From Fimbriosthenelais zetlandica (lineage: Eukaryota): a DNA stretch of 64,000 bases. The notes below the pieces were generated by a model, which worked only from the letters and a program-made list of their open reading frames with translations, was not told where the DNA came from and made no database searches. How positions within the stretch are numbered: the stretch's first letter is position 1; every line of letters starts with the position of its first letter. Where the stretch lies: NCBI GenBank assembly GCA_977030845.1, contig OZ365109.1, positions 13,082,001 to 13,146,000 of the forward strand, given 5' to 3'. A program made the position numbers and the translations under genes. Positions 12,350-25,882 of the stretch are shown here, piece after piece.

Positions 12350-14380
12350 ATGACACGTTCTCACGAAGTGGGCCTCGTCGCTTTTCTCATTTTAATCAAG
12401 CTGTAAATTAGTAGGTTTTGCACTAACAGGAAAATGAATTATCCAGATGCATTCGTTTCAGCCTAAGGATTCATGCCATATATACTTTTACATATGTAGC
12501 CTCAAAATTTTCTGATTTAAACCAGGAAAATACTCATATTTTGGGATAAAAATAGCATTTTAAAATATTTGGATAATCAAATAAAAGAGTTAAAAAATGT
12601 ACATGCCATTTAACAACCCCTTTCTATATCAAAATTAATTTTGATGTATTTCTCTAAATAAATCTAAGCTTTTTTGTTATCTATACCAGAAATTAATGTG
12701 GACTATGGCTTTATACTCTGTGGCTAAAATTTTTGTGTGAAAACGTCGCGTGTGCCAATATCCCTCTCATTTCTAAGAGAATACCCATATGTAGACATTA
12801 TATATCACATATTGAAGGGCATTCCTTGCCCTTTCCAATGAGGTATTACTTGATACCCTATGTTGATTTCCCTAAAAGTTAGGGTCACGCATATTATTAC
12901 ATGCATAAGTGGCTAATTTCTCATGTGAAAACGTCGATGAGGTTATTCCTTGTGCTTTTTTTTACCTGCAGAGTAATTGTTTCTAATTTATTACTAAAAT
13001 GAAAGTTATTATTAATGCCAGAATGCAAAGTAGTGAAACAGTTCCAACTCCTCAGTGTATAAGAATAGTACATGATTTAGTGATTGCGACGTTTTCACAC
13101 TGATCGTGAAAACGTCGATATACCACAGAGGGCACCACCAGTTGTGGTGATGTTGAAAAGTGGCTCCCCATAGTGAAACTCAAAGGAACAACTGAGTAGA
13201 CAACATGGAACCCTAAGTTATGTGTTTCCCTCCCAGGCTCTCTTGAGGAATGGCTTAAAAAATGTTTGCGATGTTTTCACACACTTACTATCAACGTTTT
13301 CACTTGGAGAGATTTTTGTGGGAAATTTATAAAATATACTATGTTGTATGTGACATTCTATATTGGATATGTAGCTGGGACTGTCCTATGCATATTTATC
13401 GATTTTCTAAGTTCCTAACTGATTCTATCAGGCCCTTGGGGAGTTTTCAGAAGATATGCGATGTTTTCACTCATAAACGACGTTTTCACTCATCAGAGTG
13501 TTTGAGGGAATTTTCTTAAATATTCCATGGTGAATGTGTAAAATTTAATTGGTGATTTAGTTGGCACTGAGATATGTATATTTATGGGATTTTCAGAGTG
13601 CTTACATAAAAATAAATTGGTATCAAATGTATTTTGGTAAATATAATGACATAAATGAGTGGAAAAAAACTTGTGAGCTGCTAAAAATCAATGAAATGTG
13701 CCAAATTTCATTTAAAAATATTCTTGGAAATGGATCTGATATTTAACAGGGCGGAAATATATATTTTTAATGCATTTGGGTAAGATACCAGATATGCATG
13801 ATACTCTATATGATGCTGGTGTGAAAACGTCGCAAAGTTGTATTCCCTTCTACCTGGAAAATAAATTAAATGTGGAACTAGGAGAACTTTTGATCAAAGA
13901 GAGGAAGTATTCCAAGGTATGGATCACAAAAAATTATCATCAATTATGTGATCTTGACAAAATGATAATATATGAAACTTAGTACTGTCTGAAATATCCA
14001 TTGCCTATATATGGGGTTATTATCTATATTAACTGCTGAGATACCACATAAGGAGCAGAGTGGTATTTTTAGTCATAATTATTTTCCATGTAGTCCCTAG
14101 TTTCCGATGAATTACACAGAAACTTTAAAATATACATATTATATACAAAATGTTTACTTTTATGTTGCCATAATCTGGTCGACGTTTTCACGCAGTTTAT
14201 TCCAGTGTTATATTTGCATTGCTGGTGCATTAAAACTTATTATCCAATTCAGTGGCAAACTGAGATTTCAAACCTCCCATATCAGTACATTATCTCCTGA
14301 AAGTATAAACCTGATACAGAAAACTTTTTCTCAGACCCCTATGTGAGGCCTATGAGGCCCACTTCGTGAGAACGGGTCAT
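12350..14380. mobile_element. 2031-bp non-autonomous TIR DNA transposon with ATAT TSD and an internal motif array (Sola1-like)
   Basis: 29-bp TIRs ATGACACGTTCTCACGAAGTGGGCCTCGT vs reverse complement ATGACCCGTTCTCACGAAGTGGGCCTCAT (2 mismatches); ATAT on both sides; about 10 internal CGAYGTTTTCAC/GTGAAAACGTCG motifs; no long ORF. Confidence 0.9.
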
Positions 14381-14384
14381 ATAT

Positions 14385-14486
14385 GGAATACAACTCGACA
14401 TTGGTCTGCTCGAGCTGATGGGTCGCACTCAGTGTGAAAAAATGCAGATAATCGCTACTCTCACAGACAATGTCCAGTTGTATTAC
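14385..14486. mobile_element. 102-bp mini-MITE with ATAT flanks abutting the 2-kb element
   Basis: ATAT|GGAATACAACTCGACATTGGTCTG ... CAGACAATGTCCAGTTGTATTAC|ATAT. Confidence 0.7.
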
Positions 14487-15811
14487 ATATAAATTACATG
14501 ATATAGGTCAGATTTGTGTTAATAAGTTGTGTATAGTTGTGTAATGTCTTTTATACCTATCATCTACAGATTGTTTGCCAAGATTCCTACCATTTGAATG
14601 ACATATCATCGTCGTATGTCAATTTGTATGTATCTACTCGTGTGAGCCAGCTCTCGTATTCCTGAAAAAGCTTGGTGACATATCTTTGCCCTGAGACAAA
14701 TTACCCTTCTCTACAATGAATACTACTCACAAGTAGTATGTGGAAATGGTTAAATAACCCAGGTAACAACGTAAAGGCCATTCCCTATTCAGGGCCTGTA
14801 TAATTAACATCAACGTTTACAGGATACTGCAGTTAAAATTGACCTTTAAATTATCTTTAAATTACTTGCTTTGATTTTCATAGTGGATGGATGATTGGGG
14901 AGCAATAACTTTGGCCTCTGGGACTTTTAAGTTTTATGTTTTGAAACTCATTGAGATTGGATTCATGGATGGCTTAAGTGCATGTCTTTCTTGCATCCAA
15001 GTTCAGATATCAAGCACTAGGTGGCGTGTCCGGTGGTAAACAGGTTTCAAGTTTCAGATTTCTGTCTCTCATTTAAATATTATCTTCATTAAAACTAAAA
15101 GGCATCACAGCCAACCAATCCGCTCTGACCATGATATCATCGGAAATCATCTGAATTCCTTTTACCACATCCAAGTCTTGAAAGTGCAGTCGCAAAGATT
15201 CAGTTCATGAATTGATCGACCTCCAACATGCAATAGTATTATGACATTCCTCTTGATGAAGCTATCTGTATTTTATATATCCACATATCCTGATGTGAAA
15301 TTAAGGATAACAGATGCTTGCGACCTAGGTAATAAGAAAGATGGATGTAGACATTGCACTATCATTCCAATATATCATATCCTCACCAGATTACCAGTAC
15401 ACAGATAATACATAAAGTATGAGTGACTTTTACAAAATTAAAACCAAAAACATTCAGTCATCATCTGCTTAAAACAGCCATTTGACGACATGCATTAAAA
15501 CCGTCGTGAAACATAATCGCCGGTCATGGAGATCCTTCGGACCGGTTTCACTTCTGCCATGCGTTCCAGTCTGGAAATTTCAATGCATTGGAAGTTTGCA
15601 TGATAACTGGCATTTAGGGTGATGAGTCATGTAGCCGCGGTGGTGGCCCGTTAGGTATTTGTCTGTAGAACTAAATGACGTGCCTATACAAAGCCTTAGC
15701 CACTATTCACCTGTTTCATTTAGCCACGTCAACATCAAGTCGATAGTGTGGGACCATTCAGGTGATGAACAAGACTACTATACAGTAGTTTCAATGGAAA
15801 CTAAATTCTAA

Positions 15812-15993
15812 AGCCTGTACTCCACTGGTGCGATTTTGTTTGCGACACTACTGCGACAATTTGTTTGCGACACTACTGCGACAAAGCTGATGCTTGTGTC
15901 GCAATAAAATAAATTTTGGTTCAAGTATCCCAGACCTGAAGGCCGTCCTCCACTGGCACATTTTTCAAAAATCGCAGCAGTGGAGTATAGGCA
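15812..15993 (+). mobile_element. MITE family C copy 3
   Basis: TAA|AGCCTGTACTCCACTGGTGCGATTTTG ... CAAAAATCGCAGCAGTGGAGTATAGGC; internal tandem duplication of about 25 bp (TTTGTTTGCGACACTACTGCGACAA). Confidence 0.85.
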
Positions 15994-16841
15994 TGGCCCA
16001 CACAGCCAATTTTGGCAGCAATGGCTGAGCATAATATCCTGTGTCGGTGTCTCAATCATCATGTAGAAATTCAAACATTTTTAAAAATAGATTATCTTAA
16101 ATCCTACCTGCAGCAAACCGAATTTAAACACACTTTTGAATTGACGCTCGTGACAAGATTCTTGACTGTTTTGCAGTGTGGGAATACCTTAATTAAGTCT
16201 GTTAAGTTAAGGGACTAGCCTCTTGTCCATGCAGTCTCTTTGGTCTGAACATCCATTTTATCCCCGCTTGCTGCCCCTAATGAAACATTTCGGGACATGA
16301 CGTTTTTTCGGCCCTTTAAGATGAACTCTTTGGTGCCAAAAGCTTTCGATTGGAAGCGCACATGGCACTATTGTTGGGACGATCCCTCCCCTATTCCCCA
16401 CTCACAACTTCAAGAGACCTATTCAACGTTCACTGAATCAGTTGAATCTCCCCCCAATGAAAGGTGGGAGATTTTCCTTGTGAATCAGTTAATATTTTAT
16501 TGATATTACACTAATGTGAAAATACTTAAACTTTGGATTGGCACTGACATGAGCAGTTGAACAGCATGAAATTTTATCCTGGAGGCATTCATTTGGCAAA
16601 GATTATTTGACCTTCCCAGACTTCAATTCTCAGAATTGTAATAACACTTTCCGACTTTTGTGCGCAGTTTGGGAATAAAGTATGAGGCTGAAATGGCTTA
16701 ATTACCAGCGGTTTTCCGGGCCTGCGGACAGTAATAGCTGGGAGGATATCTATGCAGATGATCTGTGATTGTGGCCTGCATGGTTGGACCTGACCACCAG
16801 CCGCTGATGGCTCAGATTATCCATGATCGTCCAATGCTTAC

Positions 16842-16875
16842 CTCGCTCCCGATCGCCTTGATTAGCGGACACAGG
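16842..16875 (-). CDS. Candidate 34-nt small exon (LCPLIKAIGSE or PVSANQGDRER)
   Basis: Strong acceptor tttttgtccttttcccgtattcag| and donor GAG|GTAAGC; frame not resolvable, could be UTR. Confidence 0.3.
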
Positions 16876-17071
16876 CTGAATACGGGAAAAGGACAAAAAG
16901 TTATCTGACGAAACAATTGCTGCTGCTGCTGCGGCAGCGGGATAAGGTTCCACATTGTCATGAATGTAAGACAATATTTATGATTTGGCCTCACCATTAT
17001 TAAGCCATCAGAGGTTGTGTTTAATTATTTGAGCTCTACTAGAGTTGTATAAGATGTCATGTTGGAGATAT

Positions 17072-17430
17072 GTGACGTGTTTCACTAAATGAGTCTAACG
17101 TCACAAAAATGGATTTTGAGTTAGTTGCAGACCCATTATAGACAGATTCAAATGAGCAGATTCCAACGAGCGTTCCAATGATGTATAGCACAAGGAGGTT
17201 TAAAAAAATAAAAGTAGCGACAGCAAAAAGTAGAGAAAATGCGCCTTTCTGACAATTTTTCTGTCTAACTGGAAGAACTCTTGAAGGGATAACACGCACA
17301 AAGGTGAACTCTTCTCAATTTCACTCACAAAAGTAGTCAAAACATTTCTTTTAATGAGAAAATGCTTAGGGAAATACAAGCGCTGAATGGTCCTGTGAAA
17401 TTTTATACTCATTTAGTGAAAACACATCAC
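17072..17430 (+). mobile_element. MITE family A copy 3
   Basis: ATAT|GTGACGTGTTTCACTAAATGAGTC ... ACTCATTTAGTGAAAACACATCAC|ATTA. Confidence 0.9.
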
Positions 17431-18492
17431 ATTATATATTGGAGACGCTTTGACGACACAAGATTCTTTGACGTTTACAAGAGAAAACCATGGTACGTCC
17501 TGGCAACTGAATCAGCGACAAGAGAAATGCCATTGCTGCCGACCTGTAATGGGTTATTTTCTTTTTTATCATTTTGACATGTTTGAAAGTACAAGCTTTA
17601 GCAAGGGACTAGTGCCAAATCCTCGAAAGGATGAGTCGATATGAATGACTGTGTACCCTGCATTGTCTCCCTGTCTATGACAATATCTCTACATGTCTCT
17701 ATATTAACCCTCAATCCACCCATGTTGTCATAATGCAGTACCTCTGTTTGTCATGCCTATTTGTTGACTGACATAAGGGGTTAATTGGATCCTCATGTTT
17801 TAATACTCTAACCCTACGAGAGGTGGCAAATTATTGTGAATTTCCACACGGCTATAATCCCATTATAATATCCCTAATTAAACAGCTATTCTAGATTCAG
17901 ACAAAACAACTGGAAACCATGCATGGTGGTTCTTCCTTGGGACTAGCAAAGCAATATGGCTCCCATTTTCCTGTCTTTATTTGCCTTGGATCAATAAATT
18001 TGTTCTCCTTTTTGCCTAACATTGTATTGTGCCTTCCCATGCTATCTCCGGTATTGATCCGTGTCTGTTTAATCACCCTGGTCAATGCCTCTTCACACCT
18101 TACTGTGCCAGCATCATGACTCAATATAAACACTTGGTTTACTTGCTTCACGCACGTGTTTTTTCCTTATTACGTAATAGGAGCGCCTCTTCACATGATG
18201 GTGAATTTCACACGGGTTGTTTGCATGGTGCTATAGAATGATGCATAAGCAGCCTAACCATGATTGCCAAACCATTTGGAAAAATTAAATTAAGTTGTAA
18301 TTCGTGATTTTTATCGTCAATGGTTTTTAGTTTAAATACCGGCCTGAACATACAGATTTATTATCAGCAAATGGATTTGGTATTGGAAGCCAGGTTAAAT
18401 GGGATTTAAATGGTTAAAAACAACTTCCAACTTGCTCTTGTATGTACATGTATTTTGTGCTTTACCCAAACTATGCCATGCAGTAGTGCCTG

Positions 18493-18693
18493 CAAGAACC
18501 TCGCCAATGGCGAGGGTTGGCGAGGGCGACCTCGTCGAGCGTTTGCTTTGTTCAAGTAGTGTTTTATTCAAAAAAGCCCTTGAATAAATTATTGCTTGTT
18601 ATTGCATTGTCCAAGCTGTTTTCTAGAAAATATTGCTTATACAAAACAATCGCTTGACGAGGGTACCCTCGCCGATCCTCGACAATATTCTTG
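18493..18693 (+). mobile_element. MITE family D copy 2
   Basis: CAAGAACCTCGCCAATGGCGAGGGTTGGCGAGGG ... CCCTCGCCGATCCTCGACAATATTCTTG|TA; colinear with 3790-3998. Confidence 0.8.
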
Positions 18694-21600
18694 TACAACA
18701 CTACTATAGATCCAATTGTAGGCGGAGGATCAGATTATATAGGTTTAGCCTTTTAGAATTGAAGTATTGTACCTTAAGGCCATTCATGTGAACTATCCTC
18801 TTGTATTGCCTGTAGCGAAGCATGATTGAACATATCTCTGCATGGCCTTGTTGATAATACAAAGGCCCAGACATTTTGTTATATAAAGCCGTTGACAAAC
18901 CATAATAAGAACGCCATATAGGCTGTTGCTTATGTATTGCCCTCAAGCTATATGTAATCTCTGTGAGAAATTTTAATCAAATCTCTGGTATGGTTTGATC
19001 GTACGGCGGGTTGCCTTTATGTATATGGTGTGTTTGTTGCATTGCATCGATCCTTGGCCAAAAGCAAACACCTGTTGTTTCCTGTAATATGGCATGGTTT
19101 CTGTCAAATGTAGCAAAGTTCAATTAGGTTGATACTTTAGATTTCACTATATTATATTGAATACTGATATAATTTAACTTAACTGAGTTATTTATCCCGA
19201 AATACATTTGGTGAACAAAAATAAGATATTTAGTAATTTCTCTCCTAGCCCTTAAACATCAGAGGTCGCCACTGACAGAGTTAGTGACGTCATTGATCCT
19301 AAGATCTACAAATGTTTTCTTTAAATAACTTACTAAATCTTTGTTTACCAAATGTAAAAATTCCAGGATAAATAATTTTTGTTTTGTTTATAAAACCCTA
19401 CATGATACTAGTGTTTACTTCCCCTTTAAGTCTGCTAGCAAACTTAAAGGGGAATATTTACTGAGGAGGCAGCTAGATGCAGTTAGAATAAAATTCCTGA
19501 ATACAACGGCTGATATCTCGGTGCATATTCACAGAAATCAGATTTCAGACTTCAGAAATCAGATTTCAAACTTTATCAAGAAAGCTGGGAGAGATTGAAT
19601 ACAGGTACAATAACTTCTATTTTAGTTGACATCAGAAATGGGATGTTTTTTTGATGCGATATGATGAAGGTGAGCTCAGCCTGCCATTATATACGGCCAC
19701 ACAAGGCTGAATAGACACTAGGGCATTAGGAAGAGCAGATGAATGGCTCAAAATGGATTTGTTCTGGACGCCTGTTGTGCCAGTACACTTAGCAATGCAA
19801 AAACCAGCATGAATCATGAGCACGGTGAAGCATCCAGAGTCATGAACATCCCTCACTCTGGGATGATGCTGGAGGGGCCAGAGTACAAGAGAAACAAAAA
19901 CAGGCAGAAGGGAAAAAAACTCAGAACTTCAATTAAAATTTAATCCCTGCCAGAGGGTATTAGACCTCAAAAACGAGGGACCTGGGACCCGAGACAGGAT
20001 GTTCTTATTGTGCTCTGTAACAATAGAACTGACTTAAGCGATTTATTTTCACCATTTAGAAAATTTGATGGCTTTGCTAAGAACCAGGGCGGGAACATTG
20101 ATAGAATTAATCAAAGAATGTTAATTCCTCTCCACGGCTCGGGTTGCTTGCTCTCCATTTTCGTGCTATAATCAGGGACCGCGATGCGCTGCAGGAAAAT
20201 TGCATCTTTTCCCCGAATTTAAAAAAAATTGACTTTCTTGAAAATCCCTGGCCGTTATTGATTTATTCTGTGTGGGGCAGAAACCAGTTGTGGAACAATG
20301 GCTTGCCTGATCAATTCGCGGTCGACCGAAGTGCTTGTTGTAATGGGTTTCCCAGTTTTGGTTTAGCCGGTCTGGCTGAGTGTCTATTGCTGTTTTCTAG
20401 ATCTTCAATAGCCGGGATGGTATTGTGGCAGGAGGCTTGGCTTTTGTCAGAGGAAATAAGGCCGCAGCAATCGATAGTAAGGAAGTTGTTTGTGTCAAGG
20501 CAAAGTCAGCGAAATCCTCCCGGCTTTATAGCAAGCCTTCCCCTATATCTACATCCAGTATGAAATGTCCTTTTGGAAAATGTTATTTCATTCTATACTA
20601 ATATATATTCAGTTCTCCCAAAGAGTGCAAGGTTGATGGAATATAATATAGAATATATTTAGTTCTGCCTTCTCTTTGATCAATAGAAAACAGCTGGCAT
20701 TGCATAATTTTTTGCCCTTTTACTCCTTTCCTGTCATCAGTCTTGCTGATCGGTTTCTAAAGCGAAATACAGCAGTTGAGGCAATCCCTTTTAGATTTAA
20801 ATTCAGATAATCATTTCTTTCTAGAATTTCTTTCTAGCATTTGTTACATTATAAGCTCTGCAACGAGGATGGGGGTAATACAATGTCATGTATACAAGTT
20901 ATATTATATTATGGCACTATGTTGCTGCTATTTGCATGCATGGATTTTATATCACCGATCAAATTATTATGGACATCAATTCACAAAAATTATGTCCTGA
21001 CTAATCATATTAAAAAGCTTGGTAGATGGTTTTACTCTATCTAAATTGATAGCGTCATTTATATATGAAGCATCAATGAAAAACTCTACATGAACAAGGG
21101 CCATTACTGAACATCTTATCTTCATCTGCAAATAGTAAGATACGAGTAAGAAGCAAGGAATCTAATTATGTAAAAGGTCTCTGTCTCAGGCAAGTATTTT
21201 ACGAGCGACAGTAAACTTGTTCTTGCCCACGAAATCTTCTCCTAGAAAGACGTTAATCACTATACATCAAAACAATGGTCTCGCTCTTATCAGAAGTTTT
21301 TCTTTATGTGTTGGGTGTGCTGAGGGCCAAACGCTGGAACATGACAGGCAGCATGTAGGGCAAGAGTTTAGCCGGCTTGGATATACGTTAAGGGATATAC
21401 CAGTACATGCTCGGCAAGGTCTTACCTCCAGTTTACTTCCTTGTAAAGCTGTCAACCAAGCAAAGTATATAGGCCGAGGGAAAACGGGCGGGGCTGTATA
21501 CACTTTCCAGATGTTAAAGTTATTATTCCACTTTCTGCATCTAATCCATTCTCAGATTGAGTTTATCAGCTAATATCCTGATTTAATGTATTTTAATATA

Positions 21601-22405
21601 TAAAAAAAAAAATTTATTTGGGTCATTTTTACAATACCACTACTGCCCTTACGCATAATATACATCGGGTTCGTATAGAGCCTGTAAATTAAATTCTACA
21701 TAGATTGCAACAATCTCTGAAATTTTGCTTTTTGCATAATTTAAATACGCCCATCCAACAACTTTACCGAAATGTTGTTTCAACTTTTACTTGGATTAAG
21801 CTTAGACTTAGCTCGAATTAACTCTGCTGATAGGCATCAAAAAGTAAGAGAAACACTATGTATACATATACATCTTAAATCTGAAACAAAGCAAGTGTTT
21901 ACAACCAAGTACATCTATAGGCCTATATGCTCCTCGGATAGTGCTGCATGCATATGAATAGAAAATAAACAAAAAGCTTGAACCTTCCTCTTGTCCCATC
22001 CATATATCTGACTCATAATAACCCATTTATGATCATAGGTCGGTGATCTCTGCCTACCCGTATCATCCCTCACAAAAAGCTGTGGAGGCATCCCACCTGC
22101 CTCCACTCTAAACCTTTGACATAAACCCATACAATGTCGGCTGCGTCTATATCATATATGGCCAAACAAAGAAAGGAATCCATATAGTTCTCCATTCATG
22201 CTAGATTATGCTTTTATATCGGAGGTAATGTATACGCCTACGTCGAGCATTTATAGGAATTTTACCTTTAGTCTTTCTATTCAATTTTCATTAAGAAATT
22301 AAAACCCAGGTCTTTCAAAACAGAAAAATTAACATAATGTGTGCACGCACGGGCCAAAATAAACCTTTATTGTTTTATGTTACACTTTAAATTTCAAAAC
22401 ATCTG

Positions 22406-22462
22406 GGGCCTGTTTCAGAATAACCATTAGTATATGGGAATCGTTTAAGCTGAAACAGGCCC
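22406..22462 (+). mobile_element. 57-bp mini-MITE, family F (Harbinger-like, CWG TSD)
   Basis: CTG|GGGCCTGTTTCAG...CTGAAACAGGCCC|CTG: perfect 13-bp TIR and CTG duplication. Confidence 0.7.
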
Positions 22463-23363
22463 CTGTTGTTTTGCCAAGTAAATGTTAACATTGTAATATA
22501 TAGATTAGAGAGAAACAAACGTAGACTATTTGCTGATAAAGCAAGCGGTTGGATTTATAAATTAAGCAAAGCATGCCCCCTGTCTGCTCAGGCATTCTCT
22601 TGACAAGTAAAGCTCTTTTGAAGACAGATTATCCCCTCCCCTTACTTCCTTCTTTATGCCTAAAGCAACAAGCATTAATCTTTCCCATTTTTCAAGACAA
22701 CTAGTAGAAAAACAAATTTTGTACTGGTCACCTCCAGAAAAACTGTCATTTGGCTGAATATATTTTACAGTTTATAAATTAGTGTCTCATTGTTTGTAAA
22801 GTTTTTTTTATATTATGAAATTTGTCTTTGTCTTTGATTTTATAATTACTTCTCTTGTAAAGATGTTCCTTTGGATTGGACCCCTTGCCGTTTCTTTTGG
22901 CACTGGTTTTAAATTAGACTATTAGGGAAATGTGGCGCCGCGACCGAGAATCGAACCCGCGTTGACTGTCATGCCAGGAGTGGAGTAGTTGTTAGTGGAA
23001 AAATGTTTTTCAGAAACAATGTGGGTTGTTTACCAAGTAGAGCAAAGGCCAATGACCCTAGGCTTCCTATGACAGTAGGATTGATGCATCGATCTGGGTT
23101 TTAAATGGAGTTCTCCGGAGAAAGAATAATTTATTGTAAGCAGAAAAACGGTAAAGCACCTGTCAGAGCCTGTACAGGCTGTTTCCTATTATAGCGGATT
23201 GTAGAACACAATGTAAGTGTCCCTGTAGATTCAGTCCCCGGATCCTGATAAATGCCTTCACTGAAGGATGGTGGTTTAAGTGTTAAGCAGTCTGTTAATC
23301 TTATGAGCCGGCATCGTGTATAAATTTGTAGTCCAGCAATGGGAGACACTCTCTCCATCCTCA

Positions 23364-23574
23364 AGCCTGGAACACACTAATCCGATTCTCCGATCCGTTG
23401 CCATCCGATACCCTATTTCTAATGACATCTAAAGGTTGAAATTTTGTGAGTGGTTAGCCCTACCTAGGTGTAAAGGACTTTTCAAATTACAAGCATTTGG
23501 TGTGAATATAAATATAGTTTCGGACAGCTATCGGATGGCGCCGGATAGAGAATCGGATTAATGAGTTCCGGGCT
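23364..23574 (+). mobile_element. MITE family B copy 2
   Basis: TCA|AGCCTGGAACACACTAATCCGATTCTC ... GAGAATCGGATTAATGAGTTCCGGGCT|TCA; 3-bp TSD TCA. Confidence 0.9.
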
Positions 23575-24332
23575 TCAGTCTTATCTTAATCCGGTCGCAT
23601 GGTGGGATGGGATTCCTGCTGAAGGTGACGTGCAATAAGCTATCAATACATTTAGCACCCCCCCCCCCCCTCCCCCAATTTGTCAGAAATATTTACTTTG
23701 TAATTTTGGCAATAGATTCTACTGTAGAGACATACTAATATTTTGTATTTCCTATTACTAATATTTTGGTAGAGACATACTAATATTTGGTGCTTCTTAA
23801 TGATAATTCACTATAAATTACAATAAAATATTTATAGTGCGTTTTACTTTAATTATTTAAGCACAAAATAATAAGAAATCTATAAGAAGGGTTAAATGTT
23901 ATGCATATAGACATTATACGCTCCTCCTCCATTATTATATTCTAACAAGTAACATTCTCATGTTCTGATCGTCCCATTCATGCAGGGACACTGTGAAGGC
24001 AATTTTATGTAACGGTTATCTGGGCTCCATCGAGGCGAGTGATGGATTACCCTGGTAGTAATTCATTAGATGTATCTTGCCTTATTCGCCACTTATCTCA
24101 TCACTGCTTAAAACCATGTGTTCCTCTCATGGCATTGACATGGGATGAAAGCCTCTTATCAGACTCCTGGCTCCTGGTGCTAAGTATTGGTCTAGGATCA
24201 TGGGCACTATGCATATTAAGCCAGCTAGACTTGTTCAAGACAGATGACTTGAGACTTTAGTTTTATAAAATTTGTTTTCTAAAATTATATCATTGCATTT
24301 TATTGTGGTGCAAATATTATCTTTATTCAATC

Positions 24333-24440
24333 CATCAACTTTTCCAAAATTCAAGCACATCAACTTTTTCAAAATTCAAAGCTACATATACACCTTTTTC
24401 AAAATTCAAGCCAATCAACTTTTTCAAAATCCAAGCTCAT
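24333..24440. repeat. Degenerate minisatellite, about 24-30 bp unit, 4 copies
   Basis: Recurring CATCAACTTTTTCAAAATTCAAGC core. Confidence 0.7.
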
Positions 24441-25882
24441 GAACCTAGATCGAGTTAGTGCATAAAGCTAACCCCTGTCGACAACATCCATGATGCAATT
24501 ATCAACTCCGATAAGACATGAGCATCTTAGAAAAGAACATATGAGACTTATGATTTGGCTGATTCTTTATAGGCACCAGCTGTATGAAATATTCAGTGGA
24601 GGTTGGGTTGGTAAGGATATAGTGTATAGAGATGAGATATGTCATTATTGGGAGGTTTTCATGGGAGGAGATGCCGTCTTCCTGATACATAATGTATAGC
24701 TTGCTTTGGGAGGTAGACCAGAGGAGAATTAACCATCTTTTGCCTTAAATAAGGCAAGTATCACATTAATTTTTTCATATTATTTACAATATTGTAAATA
24801 ATATGAAAAATGTGATACTTGTACGTATAGATGTGTCTTACTCTAAATCTGAACTAATTCTTAGAAATAGATATTTATTTAGAATAAATCGGGTGTTCTT
24901 AATTGTCTCTCGGACTATTGATCATAAATATAGTGTAATTATAAATGAAGAAATGCCTTTGAAAATGCCCAACATAATTAATTTGATATATTTCAGGTCG
25001 TGACCCTCGACATATAAATATTGTGACAAGAAGCTATATATATAGTCAATAATATGAGTATACAAACTAACAATGATGTCTATTTGATAGCTCTTTATTC
25101 ATACAAGTATAAATACTTTAACCTTTGAAATGTTCAAACCATAAATCTTTTCACAATAGATAACCACAAGTGACTATGAAAAGCCATAAATAACGAGCCG
25201 GAGACATTTTGGACACAGGAACCCAGAGGCATTATAATATAAAGGGCATGTTTCAAAAATCCTAGGCCTCATTGGCTTGCCAGTGGCTAATGTAAAGCAC
25301 ATTTTGCTTTGAAACATTCCCCAGAAATACAGAGAATCTGAGCTGTATGTGTTACATTGAAAACATCCCTACAATACACATTCCACATAAACCAAACCAG
25401 CAATGAAAACCTAATTTGCATCTAAATAAAATGACTTCATTTTTACCCCATACATTATATATCATTTGCTCCTTGGCTGTAAGGTAGTAAAACAGCTATT
25501 GGGCATAGTAAGAACTAATGGGCATGAACAATGTCAAATTTTGAGGTCCTGCCAATTTGGCTGGTGTCCAATTATCTATCCTTTGCCTTTTCCTCATGGG
25601 GAGACAGTGAGGATGGGGCAATACATTGACACATGCAGTCAGATCATTAGCACTGTCCACTATTATACGTGACATCTACATTAGATCTCTTCACTGATTT
25701 TTGCTTCTTGTTCTCGATCGAAACTCGGTTGTCTGGTTGCTGTGGCCGAGTAAACAGGCCTGTATATTAGGATCCATTATACATTAATGTAATCATGAAG
25801 AATGATTTAAAATGATGCAGTTGATATTCAGGATGTTATTGTATAACCATTATAGGCCTATGCATTGTTTTACAAAGACTTG

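Noticed and set aside
12737-14191. Repeats separated by unique sequence, superficially CRISPR-like
   Set aside because: The motif is only 12 bp, occurs in both orientations with about 185-bp spacing, lies inside a TIR element, and there are no cas genes in this eukaryotic DNA.
15121-15200. Minus frame VKGIQMISDDIMV resembling a Ty3/Gypsy RT DD motif
   Set aside because: Only about 13 residues match, flanking RT motifs are not convincing and no LTRs are seen; needs a BLASTX hit to accept.
8547-20152. Shared 14-mer CTCGGGTTGCTTGC at two sites (8547 and 20139)
   Set aside because: The flanks do not align; too short to define a family.
22930-22965. tRNA T-arm-like GCGGGTTCGATTCTCGGTCGCGGCGCCA on the minus strand
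   Set aside because: No A box, D arm or anticodon arm upstream; at most a SINE or tRNA fragment.
23700-23730. TTTGGCAATAG resembling a miR-182/96 seed region
   Set aside because: The rest of the mature sequence does not match and no hairpin is evident; I recognised no conserved miRNA anywhere in the window.
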